Program-made: the position numbers and the translations under genes
Part shown: positions 58,422-64,000 of the stretch, in pieces
Position numbering within the stretch: the first letter of the stretch is position 1
How the letters are laid out: each line of letters begins with the position of its first letter
NCBI GenBank assembly: GCA_015903945.1
Contig: JABMDL010000007.1
Coordinates: forward strand, 11,653 to 75,652
From: Nitrospira sp.
GTDB taxonomy: Bacteria > Nitrospirota > Nitrospiria > Nitrospirales > Nitrospiraceae
Reading direction: 5' to 3'
DNA length: 64,000 bases
Notes under the pieces: model-generated
What the model saw: only the letters and a program-made list of their open reading frames with translations
Told to the model about the DNA's origin: nothing
Databases searched by the model: none

Positions 58422-59087
58422 TCACGGACTAATGGCAACCCTCCGGAAGACTTCCGCATAAGCACCGGCCGGAGCGGCTGCTTTGGGATCGGCGAACACG
58501 GCGCGCCAGCGGTTCAACCCCAACACGCCTTCCCCATAGGGGATCGTCGCCACCTGACTTTGATGTTCCGCGATCGCGAGCAGCTTCTTTGCCACAACGG
58601 AATCGATGTACTCAAGCCGGTCCCAGGTTGCCAACGGTCCCCAGACTTCATACGCCCACAGGCCGGCGGGCGGGACGATACCTGACTCCAGGATGCTTTC
58701 CCGCGCCAATTTTCCGGCCAACCGATGGGCCGGATGCCGATCCGCTTCTTCATCCAATGTATACACCTCAGCCGGCTGCAACTGCACGAGCAGCTCAATC
58801 AATTTCCTTTTAACTGCCTGGGTATCAATCTCCTCGGTGGCATCGGGCTGATCGCTGAAGAGAACGTCATGCACTCCCAACGTCCGTGCAGCCCGCAGAG
58901 CCTCTCTTCGTCTCACCGTCGCCATCTCTCGCTCAGTCCAGCCGAAGGGATTCGAGGCGCGACCACCGTCGGTCAGAATCAGGGAGGTCAGTACGGCCTG
59001 GGACTCGACTAATTTCACAGCGGTTCCGCCCATCCCGATTTCCATATCGTCTGGATGAGCGCCGACAATGAGAATATGGCGGCTCAT
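58422..59087 (-). CDS. PIG-L/LmbE family deacetylase
   Basis: VGAHPDDMEIG, RRREA, DRHPAH and KLLAIAEHQSQ. Confidence 0.85.
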   Translation of the reverse strand: MSRHILIVGAHPDDMEIGMGGTAVKLVESQAVLTSLILTDGGRASNPFGWTEREMATVRRREALRAARTLGVHDVLFSDQPDATEEIDTQAVKRKLIELLVQLQPAEVYTLDEEADRHPAHRLAGKLARESILESGIVPPAGLWAYEVWGPLATWDRLEYIDSVVAKKLLAIAEHQSQVATIPYGEGVLGLNRWRAVFADPKAAAPAGAYAEVFRRVAISP

Positions 59088-59096
59088 AACCGTGTC

Positions 59097-60089
59097 CTAT
59101 ACTTTCTTCTTGGACACCTGTCGCTCCGCATGATACGAGCTGCGAACAAGCGGGCCCGATTCGACATGGGCAAAACCCATCGCAAGGCCTTCTTCCTTCA
59201 GCGACTGAAAGTCAGAGGGATCATAGAATCGGGCCACAGGGAGATGCGCTCTGGTCGGCTGAAGATACTGGCCTATGGTGATGATGTCGCAGTTCACGTT
59301 CCGAAGATCCCCCATGACCTCACGGGCCTCGTCCAGCGTCTCTCCCATACCCAAGATCAAACCCGACTTGGTCGTCATCCCCTGATCTTTCGCTCGGTGT
59401 AGCAACTCGATCGACCGCTGATACTTGCCCTGCGGCCTGATCGACGGAAATAGCCGGGAAACTGTTTCGATGTTGTGATTCAGAATCTCCGGTTTCTCCA
59501 CACACACCATCGCCAGCGCTTCCTCACTGCCTTCAAAATCGGGAATCAAGACTTCGATCGTGCAGCCCGGGCTGAGCCGTCTGGTCTGCCGGATCGTTTC
59601 TGCGAACACCCCCGCCCCGCCGTCCGGCAATTCATCGCGATTGACCGAGGTAATGACGGCATGATACAGCCCGAGCGCCTGCACCGCTTCGGCCACCCGC
59701 ATCGGCTCCTCGTGATCCACAGCGAGCGGGCGGCCCGTTTCCACCGAGCAATAATGGCACCGTCTGGTACAGATATCGCCCAGGATCAAAAACGTGGCCG
59801 TACGGGCGTTCCAACATTCCCAGCGATTTGGACAGCGCGCTTCTTCGCAGATGGTATGGAGATTGAGCCGTTCCATCGTCTGCTTGATGTCCAGATAGTC
59901 CGGACCGGTTGTGGCTTCGACTTTGAACCAGGATGGGAGGCGGGGACGGACGATGGGAGATGAAGAGCTGACGGCTGATAGCTCGCCTCGCTGGGAGGGC
60001 GAAGCGGGCTGATGGCTGACAGTGGGAAAAGAACCGGAGGAGCCCAATGCCGAAGAGGATCGGAGATCGCTGAGGGGGATAAAGCTCAT
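59097..60089 (-). CDS. lipA: Lipoyl synthase
   Basis: CEEARCPNRWEC, CTRRCHYC, NHNIETV and GPLVRSSYHA. Confidence 0.96.
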   Translation of the reverse strand: MSFIPLSDLRSSSALGSSGSFPTVSHQPASPSQRGELSAVSSSSPIVRPRLPSWFKVEATTGPDYLDIKQTMERLNLHTICEEARCPNRWECWNARTATFLILGDICTRRCHYCSVETGRPLAVDHEEPMRVAEAVQALGLYHAVITSVNRDELPDGGAGVFAETIRQTRRLSPGCTIEVLIPDFEGSEEALAMVCVEKPEILNHNIETVSRLFPSIRPQGKYQRSIELLHRAKDQGMTTKSGLILGMGETLDEAREVMGDLRNVNCDIITIGQYLQPTRAHLPVARFYDPSDFQSLKEEGLAMGFAHVESGPLVRSSYHAERQVSKKKV

Positions 60090-60460
60090 GAGGGGCTCTT
60101 CCTGTGCGGACCCTGACGGCACCAGTTGAGCATTCTAGCCAGGAAGCCGGTCGGCTCCGGCTCGGCTTCCGACGGATCGGGGTATTCCACCCAGAGTTCC
60201 TGCGAGCCAAGATACACACCGTTGCTAAAGCTCTTCTGCGTCTTGAGTTGCCGATAGCCCCGGCTCTGCAAGATCTGGATCATGGCCAGCAACGCGGCAT
60301 CCTGAGTCTGGAACAGCTCTGTCACCACACGGACCGTTTCATATCGCAGCAGCGCCCGGTAGCTCTCCCCCGCCCGTTCGAACTTGACCGGCCGGCTGAA
60401 TCCCCTGACTCGATCATCAAGTCCGGCCAGCTGATGCCTATCACACCCCTCTGGGCTCAT
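60086..60460 (-). CDS. Hypothetical protein
   Basis: 124-aa ORF with ATGA overlap onto lipA; tightly packed in the operon. Confidence 0.65.
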   Translation of the reverse strand: MSPEGCDRHQLAGLDDRVRGFSRPVKFERAGESYRALLRYETVRVVTELFQTQDAALLAMIQILQSRGYRQLKTQKSFSNGVYLGSQELWVEYPDPSEAEPEPTGFLARMLNWCRQGPHRKSPS

Positions 60461-60463
60461 TGG

Positions 60464-60829
60464 TCATGCCAGCGCGCGAAACACCGCCACAAGATCGCTC
60501 AGTGCAATGGTCTTATTGCGGAGCACCGCTCGCTCCGCCTGAATTGCATTGCGCAGCGTCTGGTCCACCGAACCGGACTTCAAACAGGAGGCGCCCAGCG
60601 CCAGAATACGGTCGCACTCTTTGGTGAGTTTCCGTTTTACGACGGGATTGGCGGAAAGAATGTCCAGGAGTTGGCGTCTGGTTTCATCGAGATGCGACTG
60701 AAATTCCTCGTTCGGATTACCCGCGCGGGCGGCTTCCTCCGAACAGCGATCGAGATACAGGGTCAAAAACACGTAGAGGCGCACGAGCGCAGCAGCGAGA
60801 TCGGTTTGATCTTTAGCTGTCATAGCCAT
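60464..60829 (-). CDS. Hypothetical helical protein
   Basis: ORF packed 3 nt from the next gene; start MAMTAK (60829) inferred. Confidence 0.6.
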   Translation of the reverse strand: MAMTAKDQTDLAAALVRLYVFLTLYLDRCSEEAARAGNPNEEFQSHLDETRRQLLDILSANPVVKRKLTKECDRILALGASCLKSGSVDQTLRNAIQAERAVLRNKTIALSDLVAVFRALA

Positions 60830-60949
60830 GTCATGAACCACTGAGAGCTGATAGCCGACAGCACCGGGAAAGATCTTTCGGTGATTCTCCGGCCAATGTT
60901 CCCTCTCAACCATCGGCCATCGGCTATACGCTATCTGTTCCCGTTCAAC

Positions 60950-61258
60950 CTACAGCAGCACCTTCACATCCGATCCCTCAACCTTGACCTGATATACCGC
61001 GACTTTCGCCGAAGGATTCTTGGTGCATTCGCCGGTGGTTACATCGAACTGCCATCCGTGCCAGGGACAGGTGACGATCTTCCCTTCGACTTCTCCCTCA
61101 CAGAGCGGTCCGCCGCGATGGACACAGGTGTTGTCGGTCACATGGAACGTGCCACCCACGTTAAACACAGCCAATGTCTTCCCATTGATCTTGGCCTCGA
61201 GACCGTGGCCAGGCGGCACATCACCCGTTCCCGCCACTCGTACATACTCCGCCATCAC
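60950..61258 (-). CDS. Rieske [2Fe-2S] ferredoxin
   Basis: CVHRGGPL..CPWHGWQF; GGAGG RBS. Confidence 0.93.
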   Translation of the reverse strand: MMAEYVRVAGTGDVPPGHGLEAKINGKTLAVFNVGGTFHVTDNTCVHRGGPLCEGEVEGKIVTCPWHGWQFDVTTGECTKNPSAKVAVYQVKVEGSDVKVLL

Positions 61259-61275
61259 CGCCTCCGTTCACACAA

Positions 61276-62151
61276 TCAGTTACCTGTAAAGGGTTGCTTG
61301 ATCTTCTTCAGCAAACTGTCGATAGATGGGCCGCCTTTCTCAGTTCCGCTCAGCGCGTCCATGACCTTCTTGGCAATCTCTCGGAATGCCGCCGCCTGCG
61401 GCGATGCCGGGTCGGCCACGACGATCGGATGCCCGCTGTCTCCTCCGTCCCTGATGGCCGGATCGATCGGAATACGCCCCAGAAAGGGCACGCCGACCTT
61501 CTCGGCCGCCCGCTCACCGCCGCCGTGCGAAAAAATCTCTGTCCGCTCGCCGCAGTGACCGCAGACAAAATAGCTCATATTTTCGATGATGCCCAGCAGC
61601 GGCACATTCACCTTCTGGAACATGGCCATGCCTTTGCGCACATCGTAGAGCGCGACTTCTTGGGGTGTCGTGACGGTAATCGCACCGGCCAGCGGTACCA
61701 TTTGGGACAAGGACAGTTGCACATCGCCGGTGCCGGGCGGCAGATCGATCAACAGATAATCCAGCTCACCCCACAGCACGTCGCGGAAAAATGCCTGAAG
61801 ATACTGATGAACCATCGGACCGCGCCAGACGAGGGGCGTGTCTTCCGGCACCAGAAAGGCCATAGAGATGAGTTTCACCCCGTAGTTTTCCACCGGGAGA
61901 ATCTTTCCATCTTGCTGTTCCGGCCCCTTGGTGCTCCCCATCATCATCGGAATATTGGGCCCATACAAATCGGCATCCAGGAGCCCGACTTTCACGCCGG
62001 CCAGTGCGAGTGCGCAGGCGAGATTCGCAGCGACGGTCGATTTGCCGACACCACCTTTGCCGCTGCTGACCGCGATCACATGCTTGACGCCCGGAATAAA
62101 ATTGGGGGTCCCTTGCGGCGATTGTCCTCCGTGGGCATGTTCATCTGCCAT
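61276..62151 (-). CDS. apbC: Mrp/NBP35 Fe-S cluster carrier ATPase
   Basis: SGKGGVGKST, DADLYGP, WRGPM, DLPPGTGD and ENMSYFVCGHCG. Confidence 0.92.
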   Translation of the reverse strand: MADEHAHGGQSPQGTPNFIPGVKHVIAVSSGKGGVGKSTVAANLACALALAGVKVGLLDADLYGPNIPMMMGSTKGPEQQDGKILPVENYGVKLISMAFLVPEDTPLVWRGPMVHQYLQAFFRDVLWGELDYLLIDLPPGTGDVQLSLSQMVPLAGAITVTTPQEVALYDVRKGMAMFQKVNVPLLGIIENMSYFVCGHCGERTEIFSHGGGERAAEKVGVPFLGRIPIDPAIRDGGDSGHPIVVADPASPQAAAFREIAKKVMDALSGTEKGGPSIDSLLKKIKQPFTGN

Positions 62152-62253
62152 GACCTACTCCTCCCTGGCTCCCGCGTCACGCATCCGGCCGTGACACTCT
62201 TGTGTTATCGACTGCGTCATCATAAGCGATGCAGGAAGGGAAAGGAAATGGGT

Positions 62254-62284
62254 CGGTCGGGCCAGACTGACGATGGCCCGACCG
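62254..62284. repeat. 11-bp inverted repeat hairpin
   Basis: CGGTCGGGCCA / TGGCCCGACCG with a 9-nt loop. Confidence 0.6.
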
Positions 62285-62335
62285 GGACATCCTGAGCCCG
62301 CATGGTTCGTGAAGGTCGTTGCGAAGTCGACCACG

Positions 62336-62498
62336 CGTATCTCGTGAAGCCTATCTCGTTCTGGAGCAGAGCGTATAGCTGATGGCATATAGCACGTGAT
62401 CGGACCAACGCATTGCTTCGCTTCGATTTGTACTCCGGGCCCGTGCCATAAGCCATACGCCATAGGCTTTTTCCGCCGACTACGCTTCACGAGATACG
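62336..62498. repeat. Composite palindromic intergenic element (MITE/REP-like)
   Basis: 15-bp perfect terminal IR CGTATCTCGTGAAGC / GCTTCACGAGATACG enclosing inverted heptamer triplets (62373-62393 and 62445-62465). Confidence 0.7.
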
Positions 62499-62527
62499 AG
62501 CGACGCAACACTGCAAACTTGTAATCG

Positions 62528-62556
62528 ATGACCGATTACGATGCTCCATGTATACT
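62528..62556 (+). promoter_or_regulatory. Sigma70-type promoter of putA
   Basis: ATGACC, 17-nt spacer, TATACT; GGAG RBS before the ATG at 62595. Confidence 0.45.
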
Positions 62557-62594
62557 GACGTTATTCGAATGGTTCGTTCTTCCCCGGAGCGCCC

Positions 62595-64000
62595 ATGACG
62601 ATTTCGCCTGCTTCGCTCGAACCGGCCGTTCTTCGCATCGGCGAATATCTCGCGCAACTCTCCGCCGGCCATGCACCGACGATCTTCGAGGGACGCTGGT
62701 GGTCCCAATCGGCAATCAATCTGGCGATGAAGGACGACGCCTTCAAGGCGCAGCTGTTTCGTTTCATCGACGTCCTGCCCGTTATCGCCGACAATGAGCG
62801 GGTCGTCTCGCTGGCCGAGGAGTATTTCGGCGAATTGAGCAGCGAGCTATTCGGGCTCCAGTGGGGCTTGAGGGCGATGGCCGCCACAGGCCTGGGCGCA
62901 CGATTAACCGGCAAGTCGATCAGAAACCAGGTCGAGCAGATGGCCAGGACCTTCATCGCCGGAGCCTCGGCCCATGAGGCGCTGCCGGTCCTGGCCAATC
63001 TCTGGAAGGACGGGCGCGCCTGGTCCGTCGATTTATTAGGAGAAGCCACGATCAGCGAACAGGAGGCTGACCGCTATCGCGACCATTGCCTGAACGCGTT
63101 GAGGAATTTGACGCGTGCCGCAGATGCCTGGCCTTCCGTCTCATTGCTCGAACACGATCCGCTGGGACCGCTGCCGCGCGTGCAGTTGTCGCTCAAGATC
63201 TCCGCCCTTTCATCGCAGCTGGACCCGATCGATCCCGAAGGGAGTTATCGGTCTGTGGCATCCCGTCTCCGTCCGTTGGTAGATCAGGCAATGGCCCTGC
63301 GCGTCGGATTAATCTTTGACATGGAACAGGCTGAATTGAAGCCTTTGCTGCTGGAGATCTTCACGCGTCTCTTTGCCGAACCGCTCTATCGCAGCTATCC
63401 CTATGCCGGCCTCGCCCTCCAAGCCTATCATCGGGAAACAGAGCAAGACATTGGCAGACTGATCGCCTGGGCACGAACAAGAAAGGCGCCGATCACCGTT
63501 CGGTTGGTCAAGGGCGCCTATTGGGATGCGGACACAGTCCGGTATCGGCAAGCCGGGTGGCCGGTGCCGCTGTTTGAGCAGAAAGCGGAGACGGACACCA
63601 ACTACGAACGATTGATCCAAGTGCTCTATGACCACGCCGATGTCATTCGTCCCGCCTTCGGGACACACAATTTGAGAACTCTTGCCGTAATCGAGGCTGT
63701 GGCTGACGCACGTGGATTGCCTCCGAATGCGCGGGAATATCAAATGATCTACGGCATGGCCGAACCCTTTCAGCAAGCCATGGTGAAACTCGGCCGCAGA
63801 GTCCGGCTCTATACTCCAGTCGGAGCACTGTTGCCTGGCATGGCCTATTTGGTGCGGCGTCTCCTCGAAAATACGTCGAACGAATCCTTTCTCCGAAAGG
63901 AGTACGTCGAGTCTCAACCCCTGGCACAGCTTCTTGCTCAGCCGGTCACATCCACCCACATCCACCACGTCACGACGAGCAACCGTCAGGTATTTGCTAA
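62595..64000 (+). CDS. putA: Bifunctional proline dehydrogenase / P5C dehydrogenase (runs off the window end)
   Basis: Hand translation gives MTISPAS..FKAQLFRFIDVLP, VDLLGEA, RLVKGAYWD and YLVRRLLENTSNESFLR. Confidence 0.93.
   Translation, partial: MTISPASLEPAVLRIGEYLAQLSAGHAPTIFEGRWWSQSAINLAMKDDAFKAQLFRFIDVLPVIADNERVVSLAEEYFGELSSELFGLQWGLRAMAATGLGARLTGKSIRNQVEQMARTFIAGASAHEALPVLANLWKDGRAWSVDLLGEATISEQEADRYRDHCLNALRNLTRAADAWPSVSLLEHDPLGPLPRVQLSLKISALSSQLDPIDPEGSYRSVASRLRPLVDQAMALRVGLIFDMEQAELKPLLLEIFTRLFAEPLYRSYPYAGLALQAYHRETEQDIGRLIAWARTRKAPITVRLVKGAYWDADTVRYRQAGWPVPLFEQKAETDTNYERLIQVLYDHADVIRPAFGTHNLRTLAVIEAVADARGLPPNAREYQMIYGMAEPFQQAMVKLGRRVRLYTPVGALLPGMAYLVRRLLENTSNESFLRKEYVESQPLAQLLAQPVTSTHIHHVTTSNRQVFA

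Noticed and set aside
62155-62511. Short ORFs in the mrp-putA intergenic region
   Set aside because: They overlap the palindromic element and show no RBS or recognisable protein features.

Overview
64-kb bacterial chromosome segment, most likely Nitrospira (Nitrospirota). This assignment is inferred from gene content, gene order and a short 198-aa EF-Ts. 1-30 kb is mostly housekeeping: glmM-folP-ftsH-hpt-tilS-ribF, a heme operon (ccsA-like, hemA, hemC, cobA-hemD, CBS protein, hemB), rsmI, tRNA-Leu(CAA), yggX, two DUF151 genes, rplM-rpsI, argC-argJ, rpsB-tsf-pyrH-frr-alr, a J-domain protein, an MFS transporter and a DHH/CBS tRNA nucleotidyltransferase. 30-45 kb is accessory and holds the best candidate for an undescribed system. 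It has an ECF sigma factor, a membrane anti-sigma with a periplasmic glycogen-binding (CBM48/AMPK-CBM-like) domain and a CBM48 lipoprotein. It also has an outer-membrane beta-barrel, a DUF5666 lipoprotein and exported proteins with long Arg/Asp mixed-charge repeats. Both putative operons of this cluster are preceded by the same bipartite motif, GTTTACCTT-N12-CCGTCTAA, a probable ECF promoter. Next to it lies a radical SAM / GT2 / ferritin-like / DUF547 / DUF3047 / DedA / flavin-disulfide reductase cluster. Three apparent frameshift lesions (about 30.4, 36.7 and 41.4 kb) fall in exported proteins of this accessory block. 45-64 kb carries a Mo-oxidoreductase-like gene, ydbH-ynbE-ydbL, a dipeptide epimerase, a pilin, a HAMP protein, an AsmA-like gene, pgm, a methyltransferase, a PIG-L deacetylase, lipA, a Rieske ferredoxin, mrp/apbC and the 5' part of putA. 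A composite palindromic element precedes putA. No CRISPR array, rRNA, transposase or integrase was seen. Family assignments come from motif recognition, not database searches.
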